64,000 bases of DNA from Escherichia phage SSBS18_WS_10_728: sequence record MT322327.1; one strand, given 5' to 3'. Under the pieces are notes generated by a model, which was not told the DNA's origin, ran no database searches, and worked only from the letters and a program-made list of their open reading frames with translations. This document shows, piece after piece, positions 1-7,539 of this stretch; the stretch's first letter is position 1; each line of letters starts with the position of its first letter. Made by a program: the position numbers and the translations under genes.

Positions 1-227
1 CTCATTATGTTTTCTCCAAATAATTAGTCATGTTTCTCCTTAAAAAAGACGGTACAGAGACCGTCAAGGAGAAACCACAATGTACGTCAGAGACATACTG
101 TATAAGGCTTCTTATAAAGTATAACTCTGTAAAAAAGCCCTGTCTAAAAATACTCTTCGGTAGCGAAAGGAAGAATACTTATAGCAGGGCATTATTATTA
201 TTTTAATTGAGAGAGAGTAAAATAACT

Positions 228-303
228 TGGAGAATCCGAAGGGACTCGAACCCTTATAAACCTGTTTTGCAGACAGGCACATAGCCATTTCTGTCACGGA
301 TTC
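228..303 (-). tRNA. tRNA-Cys (anticodon GCA)
   Basis: Manual fold: acceptor GAATCCG/CGGATTC, T-arm GGGTTCGAGTCCC, anticodon loop CUGCAAA, encoded CCA. Confidence 0.6.
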
Positions 304-307
304 AAAT

Positions 308-400
308 TGGAGGAAGATACCAGACTTGAACTGGTACACCGATTTCTCAGCTACTGGCAGTTTAGCAAACTGCTCCCTTACCTTTTAGGGTTAATCTTCC
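308..400 (-). tRNA. tRNA-Ser (anticodon GCU), class II with long variable arm
   Basis: Acceptor GGAAGAT/ATCTTCC, anticodon stem GCAGT/ACTGC with loop UUGCUAA, T-arm ACCAGTTCAAGTCTGGT, CCA encoded; 93 nt. Confidence 0.55.
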
Positions 401-401
401 A

Positions 402-1136
402 TTATTTCTGTAATGCGTTCTTCATTTCTGGTGTTGCAATAGTGTCAATCACACCAGTTTTACAAGCATCATCAAACCAGTCTGGTAAGATACCTGCTAA
501 GAACCCATTGATATTCGTTTTAAGGTACTCTGCAATAAGGGCAGCTTCTTCTTCAATCATCTGAACAACTTCATCTGCATAAGCTGTAATCTTTGAAATA
601 CCTTCATTAATCTTATTAACAGCTTGGTTAGCTAAATCAGAAATAGTATCAAGACCTTTATCAATAGCATCCTGTAAGTCACTTAATACATCATTAACAC
701 CATCTAGTGTACTGTTAATCATATCCATAGCTTTTTGACCATACTCTGTAGCAACACCCATAATACCACTAAACGGTGTACAGCCAACTTGTTCCCCTGC
801 TGCACCCATAACATTAGAATAGCCTTTTGCTACCTGCATACGTGATGAAAACTCATCAATGGACTTTTGACCATAATCCGTCAGTGTTTTAGTGGTTGAT
901 GTAGTGCTTGTCAGACTCGTTGTAAAGCTGTTAAGCAGAACTGTTGTAAGTCCAGCAGCAACAAGTTTATCCTTTATTGTAGGGTCTGTTACAGAGCTAA
1001 TAGAGCTTACAAGTGATGTAGAGGCAGCTACGGTTCCACCTAGAACTGCTGCACCAGTAATAAGGGGATTAGAAAACCCTCTACCGGTTTTTAAGAGATT
1101 AAAAATCTCCTTACCTTGTTCTGTCATCTCTTTCAT
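402..1136 (-). CDS. hypothetical protein (Thr/Ser-rich)
   Basis: ORF 402..1199; start moved to internal ATG at 1136 (AAAGG RBS) because the 5' end overlaps tRNA-Phe. Confidence 0.45.
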   Translation of the reverse strand: MKEMTEQGKEIFNLLKTGRGFSNPLITGAAVLGGTVAASTSLVSSISSVTDPTIKDKLVAAGLTTVLLNSFTTSLTSTTSTTKTLTDYGQKSIDEFSSRMQVAKGYSNVMGAAGEQVGCTPFSGIMGVATEYGQKAMDMINSTLDGVNDVLSDLQDAIDKGLDTISDLANQAVNKINEGISKITAYADEVVQMIEEEAALIAEYLKTNINGFLAGILPDWFDDACKTGVIDTIATPEMKNALQK

Positions 1137-1152
1137 TAAGCACCTTTGAAAT

Positions 1153-1228
1153 TGGTAGTCCAGTGGGATTTGAACCCTCTTCTCATGTTTTTCAGACACG
1201 CGCTTTAACCATATAAGCTACTTGGACT
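1153..1228 (-). tRNA. tRNA-Phe (anticodon GAA)
   Basis: Acceptor stem 6/7 bp, T-arm GGGTTCAAATCCC, anticodon loop CUGAAAA, CCA encoded. Confidence 0.6.
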
Positions 1229-1234
1229 ATAAAT

Positions 1235-1310
1235 TGGGGTGACCTACGGGATTTGAACCCGTATAGACCATGTTCACAGCATGGGTCATTACCGTTTATG
1301 ATAAGGCCAC
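1235..1310 (-). tRNA. tRNA-His (anticodon GUG)
   Basis: Acceptor GTGGCCT/AGGTCAC, T-arm ACGGGTTCAAATCCCGT, anticodon loop CUGUGAA. Confidence 0.55.
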
Positions 1311-1341
1311 ATTTAAGGACTCTCGTAAGAACCCTTAGAAG

Positions 1342-1417
1342 TGGCAGCGGCATAAGGATTTGAACCTTAATAAGACAGCTTCAGAGACTGCTGCATTGCC
1401 AGTTATGCTATACCGCT
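1342..1417 (-). tRNA. tRNA-Gln (anticodon CUG), tentative
   Basis: D-stem GCAT/ATGC, anticodon stem GCAGT/GCTGT with loop CUCUGAA, T-arm TAAGGTTCAAATCCTTA, CCA encoded. Confidence 0.5.
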
Positions 1418-1422
1418 AAATT

Positions 1423-1501
1423 TGGTACTCCATATCGGATTCGAACCGATACATAACACAGATTTTAAGTCTGGCCTCTCTGCCAATTGGAGTAATGGAG
1501 C
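1423..1501 (-). tRNA. tRNA with Leu-type anticodon UAA but short variable arm (isotype uncertain)
   Basis: T-arm ATCGGTTCGAATCCGAT, CCA encoded, D-loop AATTGGCAGAG shared with tRNA at 2246..2323; anticodon loop CUUAAAA. Confidence 0.4.
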
Positions 1502-1503
1502 AT

Positions 1504-1578
1504 TGGCGGGGGATGTTGGAATTGAACCAACTTCTTCGATTTCAAAGACCGAGGTTTTAACCTTGTAAACTAATCCCC
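1504..1578 (-). tRNA. tRNA-Gln (anticodon UUG), tentative
   Basis: T-arm GTTGGTTCAATTCCAAC, anticodon stem TCGGT/ATCGA with loop CUUUGAA, CCA encoded. Confidence 0.5.
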
Positions 1579-1587
1579 TTTAAATCT

Positions 1588-2145
1588 TTACTTTCTCAGT
1601 GGATGAATAAAGAATGCCAACATAACTCTTTCCCTTGAGAATGCTCTTTCTTCTGGGACAACACTTTTAAGTTTCCAACCAACATAAATTCTCCAGTAGA
1701 ATTGTTTACCAAAGACTTTAATTGATGGGATAAAAGCGAATAACCCCCAAGCATTGCTGTTCCACATTAGGAGATAACCTGTCTGATTATCTTCAGGGTC
1801 AGAGCTTACGTTGATATTACCTTTCCACTTAGTAACATCTTTTACATCTCTTCCTAACACATGGTAAGAGAAGTTATAAGCTTTGTTTCTCCAGAGCCAT
1901 CCAACTCTCTGCAAATAGACACCCAGCTTACCAATCTTTCTAATCTTAGCCCATCTTTTAATGTGACCTTCATCACCATCAATAGGGTTGTCATATGTCT
2001 CCATCCATCTGAATCCAAAAGGTAGATGTCCTTTCTTCTCACTATAGAATGGAACTACAAAAGGTGCTAAGATAACTGCTAAGATTGCTGCCAATGGGTC
2101 TAGCAAAGCTAGGAAAATCCATGAAGCATACTTCAAATATCTCAT
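1588..2145 (-). CDS. hypothetical membrane-anchored protein inside the tRNA cluster
   Basis: 185-aa ORF, hydrophobic N-terminus, AAGAGG RBS 8 nt upstream of ATG. Confidence 0.55.
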   Translation of the reverse strand: MRYLKYASWIFLALLDPLAAILAVILAPFVVPFYSEKKGHLPFGFRWMETYDNPIDGDEGHIKRWAKIRKIGKLGVYLQRVGWLWRNKAYNFSYHVLGRDVKDVTKWKGNINVSSDPEDNQTGYLLMWNSNAWGLFAFIPSIKVFGKQFYWRIYVGWKLKSVVPEERAFSRERVMLAFFIHPLRK

Positions 2146-2164
2146 TTAAATAGCCTCTTTAAAT

Positions 2165-2240
2165 TGGCGCAGGATAAGGGATTCGAACCCCTATTAACAG
2201 CTTCGTAGACTGTTGCTCTATCCATTTGAACTAATCCTGC
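2165..2240 (-). tRNA. tRNA-Arg (anticodon ACG)
   Basis: Acceptor GCAGGAT/ATCCTGC perfect, anticodon stem ACAGT/GCTGT with loop CUACGAA, T-arm GGGGTTCGAATCCCTT. Confidence 0.55.
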
Positions 2241-2245
2241 AAAAT

Positions 2246-2323
2246 TGGTGTTCCAAGACGGATTCGAACCGTCACTAGTACAAGGTTTGAGCTTGCATCC
2301 TCTGCCAATTGGGATACTGGAAC
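2246..2323 (-). tRNA. tRNA with Leu-type anticodon CAA but short variable arm (isotype uncertain)
   Basis: T-arm GACGGTTCGAATCCGTC, anticodon stem GCAAG/CTTGT with loop CUCAAAC, CCA encoded. Confidence 0.4.
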
Positions 2324-2324
2324 A

Positions 2325-2399
2325 TGGTACTCACTAAAGGACTTGAACCTTTTTCTTCATCTTGTAATGGTGATGTTTTACCATATAAACTAAGCGAGT
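2325..2399 (-). tRNA. tRNA-Val (anticodon UAC), tentative
   Basis: D-stem GTTT/AAAC, T-arm AAAGGTTCAAGTCCTTT, anticodon loop AUUACAA. Confidence 0.4.
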
Positions 2400-2494
2400 G
2401 TGGAAGAGGTCTGAAGTTGTGCCGCTAACTCAACTCCGTGGAATTTGTTACGGTCTTCAGTTGACACCAGCGGTCTTTCACTTGACCTCTGAAT

Positions 2495-2571
2495 TGGTGC
2501 TGCTCACAGGACTCGAACCTGCATTTCCATCCTTACAAGGGATGTGTAATAGCCAATTATACGAAAGCAGC
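2495..2571 (-). tRNA. tRNA-Thr (anticodon UGU)
   Basis: Anticodon stem CATCC/GGATG perfect with loop CUUGUAA, T-arm GCAGGTTCGAGTCCTGT, CCA encoded. Confidence 0.6.
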
Positions 2572-2577
2572 ATTGTT

Positions 2578-2652
2578 TGGAGCATCCAGAGGGAATCGAA
2601 CCCTCAACCTCAGTTTGGAAGACTGTAATTTTCCCGTTTAAACTATGGATGC
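2578..2652 (-). tRNA. tRNA-Gly (anticodon UCC)
   Basis: Acceptor GCATCCA/TGGATGC perfect, T-arm GAGGGTTCGATTCCCTC, anticodon loop CUUCCAA. Confidence 0.55.
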
Positions 2653-2658
2653 ACTAAT

Positions 2659-2734
2659 TGGTGGAGTCACTGAGAATTGAACTCAGTTCCCAAGTTTGCA
2701 AAACTCGAATTTTAACCATATAAACTATGACCCC
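2659..2734 (-). tRNA. tRNA-Ala (anticodon UGC)
   Basis: Acceptor GGGGTCA with G3:U70 pair, T-arm CTGAGTTCAATTCTCAG, anticodon loop UUUGCAA. Confidence 0.6.
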
Positions 2735-2740
2735 AATGTT

Positions 2741-2816
2741 TGGTACAGGTGGAGGGAATTGAACCCATCGTCTTACTGATTAAGAGTCAGCCGCATAACC
2801 ATTTTGCTACACCTGC
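2741..2816 (-). tRNA. tRNA-Lys (anticodon CUU), tentative
   Basis: Acceptor GCAGGTG/CACCTGT, anticodon stem GCTGA/TCAGT with loop CUCUUAA, weak T-stem; paralog of tRNA at 4057..4132. Confidence 0.45.
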
Positions 2817-2823
2817 ATTAATT

Positions 2824-2901
2824 TGGTAGGAGACAAGGGATTCGAACCCTCAAACACCAACTTCTAAGGATGGTAGGTTTACCAATTACCGTCAATCTCC
2901 C
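2824..2901 (-). tRNA. tRNA with Leu-type anticodon UAG but short variable arm (isotype uncertain)
   Basis: T-arm GAGGGTTCGAATCCCTT, CCA encoded, anticodon loop CUUAGAA with 4/5-bp stem. Confidence 0.4.
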
Positions 2902-3156
2902 ATTAAATCTTTTTAGAGAACTTCTAAGAACCTAAGCAACAAGGTTCCACAACAAGCTGTAATAACCTTAGAAGCCCTCTAAAAAGACCTAAATAGGTCT
3001 TTACATAGTCTTGTTTAATCCGGTGACTAGAACCTTTGGAGAGCTTGATATTATCTCTTCTCCGTGACACCTACTAGGTGCTTTACTGTGCGTGTACGAC
3101 AATACACGAGGGATAAACCGAAAATGCGAGCAAGCATGACGGTGTAAATCTTATTA

Positions 3157-3246
3157 GGCGGTAAGTAAAGGAGTCGAACCCTCACCGTATCTCTACAGTG
3201 GCAACAGTTTTCAAGACTGTTTGGCTGCCATTAGCCGCTACCTACC
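3157..3246 (-). tRNA. tRNA-Ser (anticodon UGA), class II
   Basis: Acceptor GGTAGGT/ACTTACC, anticodon stem ACAGT/ACTGT perfect with loop CUUGAAA, long variable arm, T-loop TTCGACT; 3' CC encoded. Confidence 0.6.
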
Positions 3247-3259
3247 CCTAATAAGACTT

Positions 3260-3342
3260 TGGCATGGGACGGAGGAGTTGAACCCCTTTGAAACGGTTTT
3301 GGAGGCCGTTGCTCATGCCTTAGAGTCTTAACATCGTCCCAC
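3260..3342 (-). tRNA. tRNA, possibly Trp (anticodon CCA); atypical length
   Basis: Acceptor GTGGGAC/GTCCCAT, T-arm AGGGGTTCAACTCCTCC, CCA encoded, hairpin with loop CUCCAAA; D region ~7 nt too long in my fold. Confidence 0.35.
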
Positions 3343-3484
3343 ACTATAATTCGAAGCTTACCGTATTTTCGCAACACTGTAAAGCCCCTTCTCAGATTAT
3401 TTACATGTTCTGGAAAACATGAGATACAGACCACCTCCTTACACGGAGACCCGATAAGGTCGTCTAAGCAATCTGCTAACTATT

Positions 3485-3561
3485 TGGCACACCCTACAGG
3501 ATTCGAACCTGTAACTCAATGATTAGAAGTCATTTGCTCTGTCCAGTTGAACTAAGGGTGC
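3485..3561 (-). tRNA. tRNA-Arg (anticodon UCU)
   Basis: Anticodon stem AATGA/TCATT perfect with loop CUUCUAA, T-arm ACAGGTTCGAATCCTGT, CCA encoded. Confidence 0.6.
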
Positions 3562-3854
3562 ATTAATCTTTAAAGACTCTCTTAGAAAGCCCTTAAAGAT
3601 GCCCACTTTATTAATCATACCGTGGGCTAGTACGCCAAATTCTTTGATGAGGGATTGGAAGACCTCACTGGTGTTTAGCCTATCAAGCTACTGCCAGAAA
3701 AACATTGTCGTTTGCATTTATTTTAAATTTGCAAAATAGACGCTACGCAACGAAAACTATTCAGAATATGTACAACAAATTTCCCCACATTGTGTTACGT
3801 CTAACGCTCATGTATTGGTGTTTGAATTATACATATTATGAATCATTTTTAGTT

Positions 3855-3883
3855 ACTATAAAGCGGTCACATCTCAATGTCAA
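3855..3883 (-). promoter_or_regulatory. sigma70-like promoter reading leftward into tRNA genes
   Basis: Minus strand: -35 TTGACA, 17-bp spacer, -10 TATAGT. Confidence 0.5.
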
Positions 3884-3898
3884 CAACTTTATTGAAAT

Positions 3899-3974
3899 TG
3901 GTACTGGTAGGTGGAATCGAACCACCGATATTCCCTTATCAGGGGAGTGTTATAACCTTCTTAACTATACCAGC
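3899..3974 (-). tRNA. tRNA-Ile (anticodon GAU)
   Basis: Acceptor GCTGGTA/TACCAGT, T-arm GGTGGTTCGATTCCACC, anticodon loop CUGAUAA. Confidence 0.55.
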
Positions 3975-3975
3975 T

Positions 3976-4052
3976 TGGAGGTTCAGATGGGAATCGAACC
4001 CACATTCATAGGGCTTATGAAACCCCTGCATTACCTTATCTGCGACTGAACC
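3976..4052 (-). tRNA. tRNA-Met (anticodon CAU; elongator or Ile2-type)
   Basis: Acceptor GGTTCAG/CTGAACC perfect, anticodon stem GGGGT/GCCCT with loop UUCAUAA, T-arm GTGGGTTCGATTCCCAT. Confidence 0.55.
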
Positions 4053-4056
4053 ATAT

Positions 4057-4132
4057 TGGTAGAAGTGGAGGGATTCGAACCCATCGCCTGTCAGATTAAA
4101 AGTCTGCCGCATCACCATTCTGCTACACTTCC
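4057..4132 (-). tRNA. tRNA-Lys (anticodon UUU)
   Basis: Acceptor GGAAGTG/CACTTCT, anticodon stem GCAGA/TCTGA with loop CUUUUAA, CCA encoded. Confidence 0.5.
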
Positions 4133-4333
4133 ATTAAATTATCTTTGTAGATAAGCTACCCAGACTTGCTTAAGGTCTGTAGCGATGTGCCTTGTTGGGT
4201 TTAAATCTAGAATTTACCCTTTCACCCTTTGTGGTCGCATACTCACAGGTAAGCTTAATAGCTCACCTACAAAGATAATTACCAGACCGTTGTTTATCAT
4301 CTTAAGTGCTACCATTACACCAACTCGACATCT

Positions 4334-4357
4334 GCCGAGTGAAGGAATCGAACCTTC
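4334..4357 (-). other. orphan tRNA T-arm-like element (possible tRNA remnant)
   Basis: Perfect T-arm GAAGGTTCGATTCCTTC on minus strand but no matching 5' acceptor strand or CCA nearby. Confidence 0.3.
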
Positions 4358-4393
4358 GCCTTTTCTTTACCGGAGAAATAGATTGTTTAAGTT

Positions 4394-4413
4394 TTGCTGT
4401 AAACGGTCTTCTG
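4394..4413. repeat. tRNA-cluster repeat copy A (TTGCTG-N5-GGTCTTCTG)
   Basis: One of four 20-nt copies; CCAGACC partner at 4281 and 4424. Confidence 0.6.
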
Positions 4414-4483
4414 TAAATTTGTTGAGCCAGACCAAGTTTTAAATTTTTTCAAAATTAAATTGGCTTGAAAATATCATACGTGC

Positions 4484-4503
4484 TTGCTGAATTTGGTCTT
4501 CTG
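4484..4503. repeat. tRNA-cluster repeat copy B
   Basis: TTGCTGAATTTGGTCTTCTG; CCAGACC partner at 4424. Confidence 0.6.
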
Positions 4504-4591
4504 CTCCTTTAAAGAACACTCGTAAGAACCCTTTAAGGGAGGGGCTAAAATAGCCCTCTCAAAACATCATCTTGAAATACTTATTATAATT

Positions 4592-4669
4592 TGGCGGTTA
4601 CGAAGGGATTTGAACCCTCATCATCTCCCGTGACAGGGGAGTATTTTAACCAGATTAAACTACATAACC
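4592..4669 (-). tRNA. tRNA-Asp (anticodon GUC)
   Basis: Anticodon stem CTCCC/GGGAG perfect with loop CUGUCAC, T-arm GAGGGTTCAAATCCCTT, CCA encoded. Confidence 0.65.
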
Positions 4670-4675
4670 TTTATT

Positions 4676-4763
4676 TGGTGTGCCGTGTAGGAGTCGAACC
4701 TACCGAGTCTCAATGACAAGGGATTTACAGTCCCCACCGCTACCATCTACGGGATAACGACAC
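4676..4763 (-). tRNA. tRNA-Tyr (anticodon GUA), class II
   Basis: Acceptor GTGTCGT/ACGGCAC, anticodon loop CUGUAAA, long variable arm, T-arm GTAGGTTCGACTCCTAC, CCA encoded; 88 nt. Confidence 0.6.
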
Positions 4764-4772
4764 ATTTAAATT

Positions 4773-4849
4773 TGGCGGTTAGTCAGGGATTCGAACCCTG
4801 TGCCATTCGCTTAACAGGCGACCGCACATACCTTATGTGCTTCCTAACC
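4773..4849 (-). tRNA. tRNA-Asn (anticodon GUU)
   Basis: D-stem GCAC/GTGC, anticodon loop CUGUUAA, T-arm CAGGGTTCGAATCCCTG, CCA encoded. Confidence 0.6.
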
Positions 4850-4900
4850 TTAATACATTGCCAGACCGTGTTTTTTCTTTTATCCGCAAAAAGTATTTTG

Positions 4901-4920
4901 TTGCTGAATACGGTCTTCTG
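4901..4920. repeat. tRNA-cluster repeat copy C
   Basis: TTGCTGAATACGGTCTTCTG, 6 nt from 3' end of tRNA-Met; CCAGACC partner at 4861. Confidence 0.6.
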
Positions 4921-4926
4921 CAAAAT

Positions 4927-5003
4927 TGGAGGCGGGTGCAGGAGTCGAACCTGCCGATACCATGCTAATGAGACATGTGAGACGCCCTTTCTCTATACCC
5001 GCA
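4927..5003 (-). tRNA. tRNA-Met (anticodon CAU), possible initiator
   Basis: Anticodon stem CATGT/GCATG with loop CUCAUUA, T-arm GCAGGTTCGACTCCTGC, unpaired 1:72 position, CCA encoded. Confidence 0.5.
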
Positions 5004-5067
5004 ATTCTTAATGACCAGACCAAATCTCTTCTTTGTCCGATTTACCTTCAGATGAATAAGATTAAGT

Positions 5068-5087
5068 TTGCTGTAATTGGTCTTCTG
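5068..5087. repeat. tRNA-cluster repeat copy D
   Basis: TTGCTGTAATTGGTCTTCTG, 7 nt from 3' end of tRNA-Glu; CCAGACC partner at 5015. Confidence 0.6.
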
Positions 5088-5094
5088 TCAAAAC

Positions 5095-5172
5095 TGGCGT
5101 TCCAGAAGGGATTTGAACCCTCAAATATCCACTTTGAAAGAGTGGTGACTTTACCATTTTGTCCACTGGAAC
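5095..5172 (-). tRNA. tRNA-Glu (anticodon UUC)
   Basis: Anticodon stem CCACT/AGTGG perfect with loop CUUUCAA, T-arm GAGGGTTCAAATCCCTT, CCA encoded. Confidence 0.6.
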
Positions 5173-5179
5173 ATTAATT

Positions 5180-5256
5180 TGGTCTCTGTTGGAGGACTTG
5201 AACCTCCGGCCTTACCGCCCCAAACGGAACGCTCTACCAAGCTGAGCTAAACAGAG
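5180..5256 (-). tRNA. tRNA-Pro (anticodon UGG)
   Basis: Acceptor CTCTGTT/AACAGAG perfect, anticodon loop UUUGGGG, T-arm GGAGGTTCAAGTCCTCC, CCA encoded. Confidence 0.6.
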
Positions 5257-5374
5257 ATAAACTTTTCAAACTCTATGTAACCACTTTAACATTATTTTTT
5301 AGTGGTTGTCAAGAACTTTTTTAAAATATTTTTCAGTATCTTAGAAAAGCTCTCATTTCGTTTCTATGTAGAAC

Positions 5375-5403
5375 ATATTAAAGGGTATCAAACACATTGT
5401 CAA
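5375..5403 (-). promoter_or_regulatory. sigma70-like promoter for the tRNA cluster, with palindromic spacer
   Basis: Minus strand: -35 TTGACA, 17-bp spacer, -10 TAATAT; spacer is part of hairpin AAGGGTAT...ATACCCTT. Confidence 0.5.
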
Positions 5404-5421
5404 TACCCTTTTTAAAACTTT

Positions 5422-6837
5422 TTACCAGATGTAACGGTCAATCATTACTGCTTTGAGCATTACGCTGGTTGGGTCAAACTTCTCACCACCAAGCAGAGCT
5501 TTTAAAGTGGCTGGAGAGAACCCTGATACCATTGCTACACCGTTATCCTTAACAGATACTTCGCAAGTACCATTACGGTTTGCTAAGTACCAGAATACCA
5601 GTTGTGGCATTTCGTATCCAGCTTTTTTGTACTTACTACGAATTGCTTCAAAGTTTGTACGACCATTTGCACCATCAACCTGATTAAACTCCATATCAGA
5701 GAAGATGATAAGCTTACTTGGCATATCTTTCTGAGTCAAGTTGTTTCTCTTACCTGTCTCAAGAATACGGTCAAAAGCTGCTTGTAAATTAGTTGAACCA
5801 TACTCAACATGACGCATCACCTGACGATGACGGTTTCGTAAATCACCACTCAGTTCGATGAAGTGAGGGTTTGTTGAGTAAACCATTAACTCATTCTTAA
5901 AGCAACCAGTATTGCGTTCTGCTACATACAAGGCAAGTGATACACCAATATCAAGTGCAGTGATTGAACCAAGATTCACCCAAGACATTGAGCTTGAAAC
6001 ATCAGTCATACACAAGATGTTCTCACCTTCTGCCATCCAGTTTGGTAGTGCTTTCCACTGCTCATTGGCAACATCTGCATTACCATGTTTGATAGACTTA
6101 ATCACATCGTATGGGTAAACAGCACCAGCGTTAATCTTAGCCTCACCCTTTGAGAGTGACTCGATGTAAGCTTTGTAACGTTCTCCATCTTTACGGTTAA
6201 AGAGTTTTTGGTAACGTGCAGCAGCAAGAGAAGGAATCTTACTGTAGTCGATTTTACCAAACTCATTAGCAGAGATTTTTTGCTCAACTGTATCAGAAAG
6301 TGCAGACAACAGTGTGCGGTACTCTTTCTCACTCAAGTTAGCAAACTTGCAGAAACGTTTTACAAACTGTTTGTGGCGTGGTTTTACTCGTGGTAACCAC
6401 TTGGCTGCTAAACCTGCTGTTTCAGGGTCTAGTAATGCTGCTTCTAAGTGCTTAAAGGCATCTGTCTCAAAACGAGTACCTACGAAGATTTTGAAGTCAT
6501 CAAAACGACCAAGCTCTGCAATCTTATCCATAATGCGAAGAACCTGTGTAGGCTCTAAAACTTTATCTTCAATTGCTTGAAGTAAAACAGTTCTGAAGGC
6601 TTTACGCTCACCCATACCTTCTCGTACATCTCGCATGTGAAGCAAAATACGAACTGCAACATCAACATCCTCACGCAAAGCTTTGTAGAACAAATCTGGT
6701 AAGATTTCTACATTACTACGGCTGGAACCAGCAGCTTTGTAAAAGTCCACAAGAGCAGACATTGATGAAGTATGGTTTACAGCACCATTTTCAGTTCGAC
6801 CTGCATGAAGGTGCGCATGTTTAAATAATTCGCTCAT
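5422..6837 (-). CDS. vWA-domain protein (MIDAS motif DxSxS), possibly DUF2828-like
   Basis: 471-aa ORF; motif MTDVSSSMS; GAGAG RBS upstream. Confidence 0.55.
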   Translation of the reverse strand: MSELFKHAHLHAGRTENGAVNHTSSMSALVDFYKAAGSSRSNVEILPDLFYKALREDVDVAVRILLHMRDVREGMGERKAFRTVLLQAIEDKVLEPTQVLRIMDKIAELGRFDDFKIFVGTRFETDAFKHLEAALLDPETAGLAAKWLPRVKPRHKQFVKRFCKFANLSEKEYRTLLSALSDTVEQKISANEFGKIDYSKIPSLAAARYQKLFNRKDGERYKAYIESLSKGEAKINAGAVYPYDVIKSIKHGNADVANEQWKALPNWMAEGENILCMTDVSSSMSWVNLGSITALDIGVSLALYVAERNTGCFKNELMVYSTNPHFIELSGDLRNRHRQVMRHVEYGSTNLQAAFDRILETGKRNNLTQKDMPSKLIIFSDMEFNQVDGANGRTNFEAIRSKYKKAGYEMPQLVFWYLANRNGTCEVSVKDNGVAMVSGFSPATLKALLGGEKFDPTSVMLKAVMIDRYIW

Positions 6838-6918
6838 ATTTTACTCTCTTCTCTCATTTGTTGTTTGATGTGACAGACTTTAGAGCAACTTTGTAGAGTC
6901 TGTCAACACCTTTTAAAA

Positions 6919-7290
6919 TTATTTTTTGAGAGTCGCTACAGCAGAGAACGTTGGTTTGTTATCTGTCTGAGGTTGACCAGCACTATCAGGGGTCTTCTTA
7001 GTGTCTGCTGCAAGTGCTTTCATCTCACCTGCTGAGTGAGTAAAGATGGTCTTACCGACCTCAATCATACTCTTGATGTTTACGTCATCTGTGTTTAACC
7101 CGAACTCTGCAAGCTTAGCAGCATCCCTTGTAACAATCGCCTCAAACAGCTTTGCAGCAAACTCAGCAGAATTATCAATGGTCAGTTGAGCTTTTACAAG
7201 TGAACTTTTGTTACGAGAGCCTTTTGGTCTTCCAGATGGGTTTCCAGATTGGCCTTTTTTAAACTGGCCTTTGTTTGTTCTGTTTTTCAT
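6919..7290 (-). CDS. hypothetical protein with basic Gly/Pro-rich N-terminus
   Basis: 123-aa ORF, AAGAGG RBS. Confidence 0.5.
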   Translation of the reverse strand: MKNRTNKGQFKKGQSGNPSGRPKGSRNKSSLVKAQLTIDNSAEFAAKLFEAIVTRDAAKLAEFGLNTDDVNIKSMIEVGKTIFTHSAGEMKALAADTKKTPDSAGQPQTDNKPTFSAVATLKK

Positions 7291-7539
7291 TGGTATGCCT
7301 CTTATAAGACCTCTTAAAAGGCTTTTAAGATAAAAGATAGATATCCAGAAAGATATCTGTTTAAATAGCCTTTTTAGAGGAACCTTTTAAGTTATCTTCT
7401 AAGTATTTATAAGCCTACACCTTGTCAAGTCCTTTGTCAACAACTTTTTTAACTTGCAATAGTTCTTGACTTGTTGTATGGATTACTGTACCATCTTACT
7501 TAAAGCTGTAGGTCTGCCTTGTTCTACAAAGGAGACTTA

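Noticed and set aside
112-564. ORFs 112..339 (-) and 307..564 (+) near the left edge
   Set aside because: They overlap tRNA-Cys and tRNA-Ser and the 3' end of the 402..1136 gene; no RBS.
2901-3156. Additional tRNA in the 250-bp gap between the tRNAs at 2824..2901 and 3157..3246
   Set aside because: No T-loop-like GTTCRA motif or acceptor/CCA pairing found on either strand; only simple hairpins (e.g. AAAGACC...GGTCTTT).
2398-5177. ORFs 2398..2628, 3231..3434, 3705..4049, 4185..4442, 4772..5011, 4926..5177 inside the tRNA cluster
   Set aside because: Each lies across one or more well-folded tRNA genes or repeat elements and lacks a convincing RBS; most likely noncoding.
5453-6580. Small ORFs antisense or in alternative frames within the vWA gene (and similar nested ORFs inside nrdA, nrdD, primase-helicase, polymerase, NAMPT)
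   Set aside because: Fully nested in longer motif-bearing genes, no RBS, typical shadow ORFs.
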